Below, piece by piece: positions 1 through 13,400 of a DNA stretch of 64,000 bases. Source of the stretch: Lytechinus pictus (Eukaryota); contig NC_087251.1 in the NCBI RefSeq assembly GCF_037042905.1, positions 41,914,001 through 41,978,000 on the forward strand. The letters are read 5' to 3'. The notes below the pieces were generated by a model. It was not told the DNA's origin and did not search any database. It worked only from the letters and a program-made list of their open reading frames with translations. Both the position numbers and the translations under genes were made by a program. The first letter of the stretch is position 1, and every line of letters begins with the position of its first letter.

Positions 1-85
1 GGGCCACCAAAAAGAATTATTTGATGGTTTTGGTGGCCCGAACGGGCCACCACCAAAAAAAGTTAATGTGGTCTGTGGAGCCTTG
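1..85. mobile_element. Terminal fragment of hAT-like non-autonomous element
   Basis: gggccacca repeats and an aaagttaatgtgg...gagcc(t)tg type terminus. Confidence 0.4.
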
Positions 86-183
86 CTCTAAGTCTAAGTA
101 ATGATGCGGACTGTGAAGACAAACATCGATAGAATAGAGGAGGTGCATGATTTGCTTTTTTAAAATAATTTGGGTGTTTTGAA

Positions 184-246
184 GATTTTCGTGACGATGA
201 CGCAGAGTGCCACAAATTGTAGCTCAGCATCATCGTCACGAAAATC
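184..246. repeat. Short inverted repeat (17-bp perfect arms)
   Basis: gattttcgtgacgatga (184-200) and tcatcgtcacgaaaatc (230-246). Confidence 0.85.
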
Positions 247-405
247 AGCATGCTCGCATCCGAGGCTCCCGGCCCGCCGGGCGCCAGCGTGATACCGAGG
301 CGATAGCCTGCTGGCTGCCTCCGATAACTAGCTCCGGTATAATCGGGCTTGGAAAGTCAGTTCACAAATACCGGTAAGTGGCTAAAACAGGGGCAATATA
401 CTTAC

Positions 406-466
406 GCACACCGACAGTCCATGACAATTTAGAAACAAATACTTCAAATCCTTTCCTTGATGCCAT
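406..466 (-). CDS. SLIRP: First coding exon of SLIRP-like mitochondrial RRM protein (MASRKGFEVFVSKLSWTVGV); gene continues off the left edge
   Basis: cgaaATGG start; RNP2-like FEVFVSKLSWT resembles the SLIRP-family N-terminus (FVxKIPWT); phase-1 donor C|gtaagt; GC-rich surroundings. Confidence 0.7.
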
Positions 467-713
467 TTCGGGGATTTTGTAGTCAAGTATTATAACTAGC
501 CATGCCAGAGTCTTAGAGAAGCGCGTTCGCAGTGGTAATTGAGAAATCGCACGAAACTATGGTGTTAGCACTAAGGCGAATAAAAAAAGGGAAAAATTAA
601 TGTGGGCATGGGATACAACACAACAACATGCTCAGCTCAGCAAGTTCACTGAATGTGTTCAGAGTAAGGGTCTGTTGAACGAGAAAATATTTTGAGCAGT
701 TATGTTATACCAA

Positions 714-832
714 GGTTTTTTACCTGGCTGCTAAGAAAGCACGAATGCCTGTGAGCAAGCAACCAGGGGACCAACCGCTTTAGGTCCTCTCCGAGGGACC
801 TGGTAATGAGAATGCCTTACTAAAGGGCACTA
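714..832 (-). mobile_element. SINE body fragment
   Basis: ggggaccaaccgctttaggtcctctccgagggac core; related copy in the opposite orientation at about 8884-9215. Confidence 0.6.
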
Positions 833-898
833 TCTTGTATGATGTATCTGAAAAAAAGAGTTGTTTAGTCAATTCGTATCAATCTACAATGTTTCTTG

Positions 899-1501
899 TT
901 AAGGGAAAAGTTCACCCCAACGAGAAGTTGATTTGAATATAAAAAGAGAAAAATCCAACAAGCATATAACGCTGAAAATTTCACTAAAATTTGATGTAAA
1001 ATAAAAAGTTATGACATTTTAAAGTTTTGCTTAATTTCACAAAACAGTTATATGCACATGCTGGTCGGTATGCAAATGAGGAGAATGATGACGTTATCCA
1101 CTCACTATTTTTTTTATAAATTATATGAAATATTCTAATTTTCTCCTCATTGTCAAGTGAAACAATGATTAATTCCTCACTGAACTTGTGGAACTAGCAT
1201 TGTTTAATACTATATGGTTCAGTCAAGTTGGTCCTTATTTTCAAATATGTAAAAATTAAATATTGTATAATTCAAACAATAAAAAACAAAAAATACAGTG
1301 AGTGATGGACATCATCGACTGTCTCATTTGCATGTCACTGAATTGTGCATATCACTGTTTTGAGAAAAATAGGCGAAATTTTAAAGTGTCATAACTTTCT
1401 TATTTTACATCCGATTTTGATGAAATATTCAGTGTAATGCTAGTTTAATATTTCTCTATTTATTCAAATCAACATTTTTCTGAGGTGGACTTGACCTTTA
1501 A
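899..1501. mobile_element. TTAA-flanked MITE (Kolobok-like, agg...cct ends)
   Basis: TTAA at both ends, TIRs, internally palindromic; same family as 15493-16043 and 39077-39676. Confidence 0.8.
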
Positions 1502-2580
1502 ACATTGGGGTTACCATGGGAACAATATCTATCTTTTCCATCTTGGCTAATTGCATTGTAAAAATGATCTCCCAGCAGTTTTCTGTTCTCTGATATATTT
1601 ATTCATTTATTCACACACAAACAGTTCACACAAACCGGTTCACAAGATCAGAGATAAAATTACTGTTTTGCATCTTGGTCCTGGTAAAAAAACCTGAAGC
1701 GGGGGTTGCAAATGACAATATCCAAGCACCACTTACCGACTTTAGGCATGTAGAGAAATCTGAGTAGAAATCCTCCAATATATATTAAAATTGTTCCAAT
1801 TATTGCACGATCCCAATATTCGACACAATACACACAAAATCACACAGATATTATAACAAATCTAACTTGGCTAGCACAAGCGGTATTTTGGATTTTTCTC
1901 TTGGTGAAATAAAGGAGAAAAAGGGACGACACTTGGATCCCTAAGTCTCGCCTTCACCTCTGGTGGGTGAGACAAAAATGGCAATGGGCTAGTTCATGGT
2001 TTTTCATGAAAAAAAAATCTTCTTTTGTTCATCTTTATTGTTTGTCTCCCTCATCACACATTGGGACACTTTTCAGAATTTGTTTTTTTTTAAAGATCAC
2101 TTTTGGGGGAAATATGGAGTTCACGATTTTCATAAAAAATAATATTTTTCGGGAGGTTCTTCTTTACTTTTTTTAATCCATTAATGCTCCCTTATCCAAG
2201 GAAACCCATCAATAACCTATGAGTGTAGTGGTGGCTTGGGGCATTCTTCAGAATTCTTTTTGAAATAACCACTCCATCAAAAAAGAAATGGCAAGGGCTT
2301 AATTCAAGATTTTTTAAATAAAAAATATTACCTGTTTTGCATGTTCCCAGACAGCCAATTTCAAGAATCATGTTAATTTTGAAAAAGATTTCCAATTGAG
2401 TGAGCACCACATACTTTGTAAAAAATGACTCGCAAAAAAAATTGGAGTTACATGTAATAATAATAGTTAACATTATTTGTATAGCGCTTATCACAAAACA
2501 TGTCTCTAAGCGCTTCAGAAAAAAAAGTGTATGTGGATGAAATGGGTGTGAATCATGAAAAGCACATGCCCTGTAGCTAT

Positions 2581-3377
2581 TTTAACTAGGCCGGGGTATT
2601 TTGGGAGTTCATATGGCCGGGGGGGGGGGGGGGGGGGTCCCAGGCCCCCCCCCCCCTTGAGATCTCGGCTGTCGACCGCGCCGAAAATTGGCAGACGGGT
2701 TGTCTGGGACATAATTGTATAGTAATTGCTATTAAGTGATTATGCTAATTTATGCAAAATCATACTTTTTCCTTTAACTCCCTAAATAAAGCTCCAAATG
2801 TTCTAATTTTTGCTGTAGAAACTCTTTGTGGTGTTATTAGCAAGTGTACATGAACAAATTGCGATATCATATCGTTTTCTTGTGTATTATATATTTTTTT
2901 GCAATTTCTTATGTATTTCTTTGTTTTTTCAATGAAATTTGTTGGGGACTCTTCTGAGATCATAAAAAGCATAAAATAAATACATTTAGACCAGCAAAAC
3001 TAAAAATAATCATACATTTATGATTTTTGGTTGAAAACACAATTTGCATTGACTTTGTAGACAAAATCATGTTTTTGTGCAATTTTTGGTCTGACATGCA
3101 CTTACATACTTAATGTTTCCTAGGTAATTGGTTATATACCAGCTTGGCGTTTACCAGCAAAAATGCTGTCCTGCCGAGTTCCTACGGGAGTTACCATGAA
3201 CAGAAACAGAAACATAATGTTGCGTAATTTCGGAACCACGTACCCGGGTGACGCAAAATTGGTCTTAAATATTGCACAAGACTTGAAAGTAAAAAGTCAG
3301 CGAGCGGCGCGGTCAAAAAATTTCGCACTGCAAAAATATTGCGCGAATCGTTGAGGTCCCTGCCTAGATAGGGTTAA
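2581..3377. mobile_element. piggyBac-like MITE with a small internal insertion (about 3113-3215)
   Basis: gggttaa right end, G/C-run subterminal hairpin; related to 4198-5014. Confidence 0.65.
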
Positions 3378-4197
3378 AAGATATTCTTTCCTTTCCAACT
3401 TTTCTCCTTGCCAAACACAATCCCTTAAGCAGTACTACTCCCCCAACACACACCTAGACCATCATGATATATGGTGTTCATGTAGCCGTGAACTACCGTA
3501 TGTAAGCGTATAAGTGCAACCAAGATGTACAGATAATAATCTCTAAACAAGCCATCATCCTTTAGACAACACAATATCTCTGATCTCGTCATTTCTTCAT
3601 CATAAAATGTTTTTTTAGCCATCAGAATTCACACTGTATTGACCATTTTTTTAACAATTATAAATCGAATTTGGCATTGGTAATGCTTTCATTTCAATTG
3701 CAATAACCCTTTCAGCATTTACTTGGGCATTCACTTTACAAATTAAGCCATGAGTGTCTTATTCCTGGTCAAATTTCTTTCAATTTTATATTTCTCCTTT
3801 TACTTACTGTGGTTGATTCCATCTCAACTGAAAGTAGATCTATTCTTTACTTTCCTGGTCAAAAATATTTCAAAAATGAAGAAATGGTGGAGTATAATAA
3901 AAATTACACCTCAAAATTTTTAACTAAATGAAAAAATTGTCATAAACAAACAAGTATTACAAATATCCCAAAAAGACTATCCCCCAAAATTTAAAACCAT
4001 TTATCAATTATATATTTTTTATACTTGGATAATTAGGTTTCTTACTTTGATGTAAAATGTGTTTTTTGTGTATAAGGCATGAATATAATGAATAAATCCA
4101 GATATCAATGAAGTCACAATCTTAAAGAGTTGCAGCAAAATTCATTGCAAAATACCTTGTTTAATAAACACTTTTCAAAATTGACTCCCATGTTAAT

Positions 4198-5014
4198 TTA
4201 ACCCCAACTAGGCCAGGCCACTTTGGTAGTTTATAAGTCCAGGGAGGGGAGGGGCCTCCCAGCCCCCCATCCTTTGTGATCTCGGCCGTCGATCGGCCGA
4301 TCGTGCTGTAAATTGGCACGCATATGCTGTCCATGGCGTACTCTATAAAACTGCAGCGTTGATATATCAAAAAGTTGTATAGTTTTATTATGCTAATTTA
4401 TGCATAATATCAGAAATCTGCTCTAAATCAAGAAATAAAAGGCCAAATTTGGACTCCAGACCCTCTTTGTAGGCTACTTTGTGAATCTAATATGAAAACA
4501 TACAATGAACCAAGTTTAATCCAGTTAGAAATCAGTGCAAGAAATCAGACAGGTTACCCTCAATGAGTGCCAAGTCTCAGCAAGGGTCATGCCTTTCAGC
4601 TGCTTAAACTTGATGATAGCTTAATACTCAGGTTTGTCCATTTTTCATCACACACCTATATAGGAACTTCTAAAATATGACTAGATATCGCTATGACCAT
4701 GACATTAGGTTGGTAGGATTAAGTATTGTGTAAAATTTTAATGGCCCAAATTTGATCTTCATATGTTCTTAATCTATCTATGCTAGGCTCAAAACTTTTC
4801 AGTCGCCCCTTGTACATGACATCCGTTTTTGAGCAATTTTGGGTCTGATGTGCATATGTAAGTTTGGAACTTTCAGACTTCGTATCAGGATGTAGCAAAT
4901 TTGGTGTCAAAAGTTGCGCGAGACTTCAAAGAAAAAAGTCAGGGCAAAATCTCTGTGCAATTTGGACTTACCAGGTGAAAAGCCGAAGGGGGGCAGGGCC
5001 CTAGTTAGGGTTAA
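4198..5014. mobile_element. piggyBac-like MITE
   Basis: ttaaccccaactagg ... cctagttagggttaa TIRs with TTAA. Confidence 0.75.
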
Positions 5015-6565
5015 TTGAAAAGGTATTTTGCAATGATGTTCAGGGAAGCTCATGAAGTATTATGATTTCTTTCATTGCAGTCATGCCTTACTTTGACAAA
5101 TATGAAATTCACCTCATTATCCAAGCAGTAATACTAATAAGAATTGTTTTTTGGGGAGAATATATTTTTAAAGACATATACTATAGTTCTGTATGTAAAG
5201 TTTTTTTTCTGAATAACTTGGTACAAACAATAAAAACAGCCAAGCTCTGTGTTGTCAAATGTTAAAACAATGTTAAACTTTTAATTGATACAGTTGCCAT
5301 GGTATCGAAGCAACAGATAGCTTCAATATATTCACCACATCAAGGTCCTAATAAAGCTCTATGGTCGGAGCATGCAAGGACAATTCATCATTTTATTTCA
5401 TATTCATAGAATCATCAAGATCCTTTATAATACATATTACACATTCTCATTCTTTCTTTTGAATCACCCCAAAACACATCCCCAAAATTCCTCCTTTCCA
5501 AGTTAGCTGCAATGAAAACATTCATGGAAGTTGATGCAAATGAAGGGAGTGGATATTTGGCTCATCACTTCGAGACATACCCTAGCACCCAGTTGGAAGA
5601 TAACCTTTCAACTTCCATGTACAGTACATGTCTATGTTTGTTCTTAAATGATTATTACTCAGACAGCGTATGTGTTTGAACAATGCATGAATGATCGGTC
5701 TCTGCAGTCTAGATATAAAGAGATGTCTGAATACACGCGATTACGTTGCATAGACCAACATAAATACGGCGGAAATAATAGAGAATATGTATCATGTATC
5801 AAATTAAAGCACAGTAGAGTATATCTACAATATATAGTGGCTGGGCTATACCAATTCATAATCAAATTATTCTTATTATATCATGACTAGTGATCTCATG
5901 TTCAACGCTAACATCTTGGTATTGGTGTTAGGTCAATTTATATGTCAGCACCTTACTTAAAGATAAATGCCAGTTGTGGTAACGATCTCAAAATGACTTT
6001 TTACAGAATCCAATATGACCACCCAAGTGTCTGTATGAATAAAAATATGTGCCAAAGGATTCTGGAAGAAATTGTGTAATTGCTGAAAAAATAAGCAAAA
6101 TAAGCGCGGATTTGGGCACTTCCGTCGGGTCTTTATTTCAGCAGAAATAATATACACTCTCCCACGTGTGCCTATCTGTGTTGGCGATCTTCAGAGTGAT
6201 CGTTTTTCAGCTTAGATTTTATGATTTCACAAAGTTAAGTATATGTAACTGTACCAGATCTAGATCCACGATTATATAGTATTACTTAACCTTGGTTTTA
6301 CAGACTTTCTCACAAAATCAGTGTTTTACTGCAACTACTTTCATTTAGCTTTAAAATGAAGCCGATCCAAGAATGAATCTCACTACATGTAGGTGTGAAG
6401 CTCCCAACACCAGGACCGGCATTAACACCAAACTATCCAATATATCATGTATTTATTCCTTGAGATTTATTGGGTGTTATCATATACACTCTCCTAGGAG
6501 GCAATAAGACAACTGCTGGAGAATTAAAAGCTCTGAATCGAGGAAAAGATGCAAGTTAACTCTTC

Positions 6566-6986
6566 TAAAGGCCACCGCACACCTTACGACTGTTCGCGAT
6601 CCGATTTTGGAACAAATCGTACTTTGCTCATTTTCTGAAAATGTGAATGGAATAAATCATTTTATTTAAAGTTAAAATTAATTGAAAGTATACTAACATA
6701 ACAATTTTGAAAGATTGCAAGCCTTTATTTTGGAATAAAGGCCAAATTGGTTTCAAATCGTAGCCAATCGGACGACTGCAATGACGTCATTACGACTAGA
6801 TATTAAATTCGCTTTTATTCGAGGAAGGATGATAGCATAGTCACAGATTTGAACATAGGTATCTATACGATGATTTAGAACATTACACAGTAAGATATTC
6901 CAAGTCTTAATATTAGCATCAAATTCTACTACATTATATTCTAAAATCGGGTCGCAGACCAGTCGTAAGGTGTGCGGTCGCCTTTA
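6566..6986. mobile_element. PIF/Harbinger-like MITE
   Basis: TIRs aggccaccgcacaccttacgactg / cagtcgtaaggtgtgcggtcgcct flanked by taa/tta. Confidence 0.8.
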
Positions 6987-7943
6987 GATGTCTAGAATGT
7001 TTACTCTTTGAAATGGATCACATTCACCAATAATAACTTCTTGAAAGATCAGGTTGAAACAAGGGGAAAAAACCCCTCAATGATAAATAAAGCATTACCT
7101 ACTTTAGAAAAGATATCATAATAAATAGAAGCATGTGTTTCCCAAATATCAACTACGTAACCCTTTTGTGCATTCATTCATTGCATAAATCTTGCAAGCC
7201 AAAACTTCTTTACAAATATCTATCTCAAGTAATAATCAATTATTTTATAGGAAAAGTTATTTTGAGTATCTATTCTGTCACTAGATTGAGACACTACAGT
7301 CAATCCATCACAATTAAAAGTATGCAAAATTGTATCATCGAGGGAAGCAATGAAGCAATTGGACCATTTTTACATAGAACTTTCAATTATAACTTCCCTA
7401 AATCCTGATTTGATTCTGATTGACTCTCAAGTAGAGTTACCATGTTAGTTACCTTTGATGGCAGAGATAACATGAATGGTTAAGTCTTACATCACAGGGT
7501 CCTGGATTGTCTTACACAACACATCTCAAGTATCAATAAACATTCATAATAAAAATGGTGTCACTTTGTTTTGTTCTTTACCATATTGAAAATATATCAC
7601 AACTGAACAACTGAAGTTTTTCATATCCATTATGATACATAATGATGCAAACATCGTCTCTCAAAATGTATTTACACCAGCATTGATGTAAAGCATGTGT
7701 ATACTCTAGACAGGATGTTACTAGAAATAAGGACCACAGCAAAGCACAGTACGATGTATTCAAGGCATTCATATAGATAGTAGATACTAAAGTATAAATT
7801 CTTCTCCTATTCCCATGCTTTGTAATCACTGGGTTTTTTTTTTCAAAGCAACATGCATTATGAACTTCATTAATGAATCAGTAGTACAATGCTCCATTTG
7901 GGATGAAATAGAACTTCTTGGTCCTTCAATGATGATACTACTT

Positions 7944-9129
7944 CTGGGGTCCGTTGCAGAAAGAGTTGGGTTTACACGCAAGTCAAAAAATCAATCGCAA
8001 GTCCCAAATGCGCGCTGTTGATCGGTTGAAAATCAAGTTGCGCAAGATTTTTAGAGTTGCGATTGATTGCAACTCTTTCTGCAACAGGCCCCAGAGCATT
8101 TAAATGTTTTGATGGCAATAACAAGATTTTCTATCAATTAATGGTATGCCCCAATCTACTGTATAAGATCTAGTTTCCGGGAATTCATTTCATTACAATG
8201 ATGTGTTCATCATTACAAAAGCCCTCAATTGCTTTACAAAACAGTTGAAAAAGAATGAACGGCCATAAAAGGGTTTTAACTGTAACAATAAATTATCCTC
8301 TTACATTTCACATCTGAATAGATATATTATACAAACAAATGCAGGCCAACATGAAATCTTTGTGAAAGAAGAAATGCAATTAAACAGAATGCATACTTCA
8401 TCATGAATGATTCCAGTTGTGAGTTGAGACAGATCACTTGGTCTTGTAATCTGAACACCAGGACCCCGTCTTATAAAGATTTAGGATTTAAACCAATCAA
8501 ACTCAAGTATATGAAAATCCATCAATGTCATATTATTTTCTTTAGGAAATTTGCACAATGTCCTTTGAAAACAAAGAGAAGCACAGTGAATTGTAAAGAA
8601 AGCTATGAATGTATGAATATATATCATATCTAGAAAATATTTTGAACAAACATGTATTTTACATGTTGACGTTGCTGGCCGTCCATAGTTGTGGTTGATT
8701 GGATCAATCGCAACTCTTTGTAAGACGGGTCCTGGGTTCCGTAACACAAAGGTTAGCGATCAATCATTCGCTTGATTTTCACGATTGATTGTACATTGTG
8801 GTCAATGGAATCAATCATAGAAAAATGTTCTACGATCATTGCTAAGTTTTGTGTTACTGGCCCCTGGTTTCAAAACCAGGTCAGTGCCTAGTGGCCTATG
8901 GTAAGGCATTTATCTTCATAACCAGGGTGGGGTTTCACAAAGAGTTAAGTGTGACATATAGAGACATGCTTAAATGTTGACAGACCGTTTGATGTAATGT
9001 GCAATCTTATTGATTAATAAAGCAGGAGTGCGCATCCTTTTAGCACAATTTGACCGATGCGGTGATGCCTGCAATTCCGCCAGCAACTGGGACTTTAAGT
9101 CACACTTAAATCTTTATGAAACACCCCAG
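7944..9129. mobile_element. Cluster of four CWG-flanked Harbinger-type MITEs (7944-8094, 8459-8734, 8732-8866, 8923-9129)
   Basis: Each has ggg...ccc-type TIRs with CTG/CAG flanks; relatives at 25217-25361, 31196-31325 and 37284-37556. Confidence 0.75.
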
Positions 9130-9277
9130 GTCTATCAAAGAGGACCTTCAGCCATTGGTCCTCAGGTTGCTTAATGACAAAGCCTCCTTGCTTTCTTAGC
9201 TGTCATGCAAAGTAACAGCCACTTACCAGTCACTTATTTCAAATACAAAGTCAGACAGCAAACATTCTTCAGAATAC

Positions 9278-9283
9278 TTTATT
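9278..9283 (-). terminator. Candidate DLST polyadenylation signal (AATAAA)
   Basis: AATAAA about 1 kb after the stop, followed by GT/T-rich sequence on the minus strand. Confidence 0.35.
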
Positions 9284-10301
9284 CTTAACAAGTGACTCTG
9301 GAATCATTTGTATTGAGGTACTTCACAAATGATGCATATATCCCATATGATTTATAACAAAATGGCCATTTGTCTTTATATGAATTCATATACATATCAA
9401 TTTAGTTTCTCACTACCAATTGACAGCTTAACAAACGACTGACATTTTGTTAGAAGCTTCAGAAATGTTTTCTTTTTAAAGAATATGAAGCACAATCGTA
9501 GTAAGCGCTTACCACCTTAATTTTAGATGAATGACAGTAGTGTGACACATTCAAAGATAGTATGTATTAATGTCCTTACAATGAAGAAAACAAACTTATT
9601 GATTATTACTCATATTTCTAGACAATGAGACATGCCATAGCATTCAAAATTGACTCTGTTTAGCCACTGACTGAATATTCAAGTGTATATTATATTTGTA
9701 TCAAGTCATTTGCATCAACTGATATGCCTTCACAGTGGGCAAAACATGCCTAACATTTCATTGTTAGACCCCAAGATATTTGATTCACATATTTTTGTAA
9801 ATGTTATATAATATATACATTTCATCTAAAACATTGAAAATTTTTCAAAAGACGCAAATCTGGATGACCTATCAAAAAATGTAACTCAGCAATGAATTGT
9901 AAAATTTAACAAATAAAGAACAAAATGCTTATCAATCTTGATGAGTATGTACTGTATGAATACCACTCACTTATTTGAATTTGGCAATTTTGTAAAATTA
10001 ATTTTCAGAAAAATTCCAATGGATATTACAGAAATAAAAATAAATAATATTCATCAAATGTGTAGGGGATAAGGATGGTGAATGGTACAAACTAAACATA
10101 CCCATCAACAAAACCTATTTCAACAAAGAATAGCTGTCAGTCAAGTTCATCAAAATCTGACTCCAAATAAAAACTGATCTTACTTTTCACCTATCTTCCA
10201 CTTCAATTTCCTCATTGCAGAATATTACAATCACAAGTCCAGCTTCACCGCTACTTCAATGGATCTTCTTAAATATATCTAGATCTATAACTCTGAGTAA
10301 T

Positions 10302-10436
10302 TCACATTTCTAGTAAGTAGATGCTGGGGTCTTCGACACCGGCTTTGATTTTACGAAGGAAGGTAACGGCTTCCCTACCATCGATGAGTCTGTGGTCGTA
10401 CGTCAAGGCAATGTACATCATAGGCCGTATCTCAAC
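10302..10436 (-). CDS. DLST: DLST exon 15 ([44 protein letters not shown])
   Basis: Catalytic DHRLIDG motif and TGA stop; 135 nt. Confidence 0.98.
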   Translation of the reverse strand, partial: VEIRPMMYIALTYDHRLIDGREAVTFLRKIKAGVEDPSIYLLEM

Positions 10437-13400
10437 CTGTATAAGAAACAAATACACCCCCCAAAAAATATATATATCAGTCATGGGTCCCTATTGTTGC
10501 ATCGATATATATTCATCTAACAGAAAAAAAATCTTTCAGCTGGTCTACATTTGGAAACAAGGTGGTTCGCGAACCAAGAGTCTCACCTGATTTTACAATC
10601 AATAAAACAGGCAACATGATCTTTTCACTCGTAGATGACCTTTAACCCCATCATTCTCATGAGGTCACATGTGGTATTACCCAATGATCATTTATGCCAA
10701 GTGTGAAAACAATTGATGCAGAAAGAAAGAAACGTTAAGAAAAGTTAAATAAAAATTAACACTTTTTTAAACAGACCAACGGACTAACAGGAAAAGTGAT
10801 TACTACGTCTCTGCTGAACTTTGTTCAGGCAAGACAAAAAAAATGAGAACTGAAATAAATGATGATGTTAGTGATGTTGATGATAATTCTGAGTTTGATG
10901 ACGGTGGTGAAGGATGATGACATCAACGGCAAACACTGACAGTGACCATGATGATGATAATGATGATATGGTGATGATGGATGATAATGATTATGATTAT
11001 GATGACAGTAGTGGTAGTGGTGACGATGATGATGGTGATGATCATCATGATGATGATGGTGATGATGAGGATGATGGTGATGATGATGGTGATAATGGTA
11101 ATAATCAGTGATGATGATGATGGTGATGATGGTGATAATGGTAATAATTAGTGATAATGATGGTGATGATGATGATAATGATGATGATGGTGATGACAGT
11201 AGTGATAGTGGTGATGATCATGATAATGATGATGATAATGATAATGATGGTAATGATGATGATGGTGGAGATGATGATGGTGATGATGATGATGGTGATG
11301 ATGATGATGGTGATAATGGTAATAATCAGTGATGATGATAATGATGGTGATGATGATAATGATGGTGACGATGATTATGATGATGGTGATAATGATTACA
11401 GTAGTGGTAGCAGCGATGATGATGATATTTGAGGAGCTCACCTTTCCATTTATAGCAACGGGTCTATCAAACGAGGCGTGCATTCCCAGGATTGCTGACT
11501 GAGGTGGGTTGATGATAGGGGTACCAAACATAGAACCAAATACACCTCCATTACTTATTGTAAAGGTACCTCCATCCATGTCTTCAACTGCTAGTGTTCC
11601 TGATCTGGCCTGGATAGACAAAGAAGATGTGGAAGAAGAGAAAGTGAACCTTTTGTCTGAGAAAAACGATGGATGGAGATTATATAGATCAAAATTATAG
11701 AACATTACTAATTTGTCTGCATTTTGAATTAAGTACAGCATTGTCCTTGTCTTTGTAACAAGAAAATATCACTTCTTCTTTTTTAATAAAAACTGTTGAA
11801 GTTGAATCAAGTTTGCACACATTTGAAATCCGAAGATTTTATGATCTAAGCATGTAATAGGATTTATCGAATTTAATTGACTTGAAATGAACTTTGATCG
11901 TCATTTAATAAAATAAAACTATATATGCTATATAACATACTGGCTCCCACTTCATGCCATATAACCTTTCCTCTGTAATGAATACATTCTAACAATAATC
12001 AATTCAATATCAAACTTAACCTTCTAAACTTGAATCTTTGAAGATTTGAATCTTTTTAAATCTTTGAAAAAATACACTTAAAATTGTTGACACTTTGATC
12101 TTCATTTTTTATAAAAAGAAAACCATTTCTGAACCTTTCTGGTTCCCACTTCATGCTGTATCACTTTTCTCTGTGATCAATACATTCCAACAATAATCAA
12201 TTCACTATCATACTTTACCTTCTATAAACATTTTATAAAAACCTTTTTTGTAAAGTATTTGCAGATTTGAATCTTTTCTGAAAAAGTACAGCTGAAATTG
12301 TTGACACTTTCTTTTATTCAGAAAATTTAGGCCAGCATAAATACCACCCCCCCCCAAAAAAAAAAAAACCCTGATAAATCTATTGCTGTTTGTTGCACCC
12401 CTTTTCTCTGGATGCTTGGCAGAATATTGGGGGGGGGGGGAGGTGTTGGAAGAAGAGAAAATACCTTTTCACCAAGCTCATTCAGCCCCTTCTCAACGTC
12501 CGCAAAGCTCATACCATCAGCATTACGAAGAACAGGAACTACTAGACCCTAAAGGAAGAGAGAGAAATTCAAAAAATATTGTTTCGATTTGACTGCATTT
12601 CATTTCCACATCTCAGTAACAAAAGTATATACAAGTACATGTATAATCATTTATCAACATTACATTACATAAAAACAAACAAATATTTTCCAACATAATG
12701 ATTAACATACATATTATTCTAATTAATATATAATTGGAAAATTTTTACCTGTTTTTAATTATTGAAAAAAAAAGGTAAAGTATAAACATCAACAAATGAA
12801 ATGGGGAAGACTGCCATGTTTAGCTTGGAGCTTGAAATTGATGGAGGCATTGAAATGAAAGGGGGGGGGGGCAACAATCTAGACTCATTCTGCTGTAATG
12901 TAAATGATAGAAAGTCTCAGTCTGCGAATAAAAGTCCGTTTTGATGATATGCACATTGTATGTAAATGGAGAAATGAAAATAAAACAAACCATATTTGAA
13001 AAGAATTACAAATTCATTATATCATATTGAACTGGAAGAGAGCATTTGAATTCTACATTATCTGGCTGAATCTCAACTTTCAGAGCCAGAGATCTCATAA
13101 TTCATAGAATAAATGGGAAAATCATTTCAATCATACCTTAGGAGTAGCCACAGCCACGCTGATGTCAACGTAGTCACGATACACTATTTCATTTTCATCA
13201 ATAACTGTGATAACAAAGGAGTGACAGACAAAATAGAAAATTAAGGTAAACTGGAGATAGCTAGAATGAACAAGATTTAGATGGAAATATGTCTTCAAAG
13301 AGGAGTTAAAAAACATTTGCAAATAGTTGGAAACATCCCTCAAGCTGACAATGATCTGAACATACTGTTTTGACTATGTGTCATAGAAATTGACTATTTA

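Noticed and set aside
3425..4100. Possible LINE remnant between SLIRP and DLST
   Set aside because: Only vague compositional hints; no motif I could support.
5687..5731. C/D-box snoRNA-like motifs (atgaatga ... ctga)
   Set aside because: The span is too short, the C box is imperfect, there is no terminal stem and it is not in a recognised host intron.
10914..11432. Poly-Asp, poly-Met and poly-His ORFs
   Set aside because: These are translations of the intronic GAT microsatellite; only 11442-11609 of the 197-aa ORF is real DLST exon.
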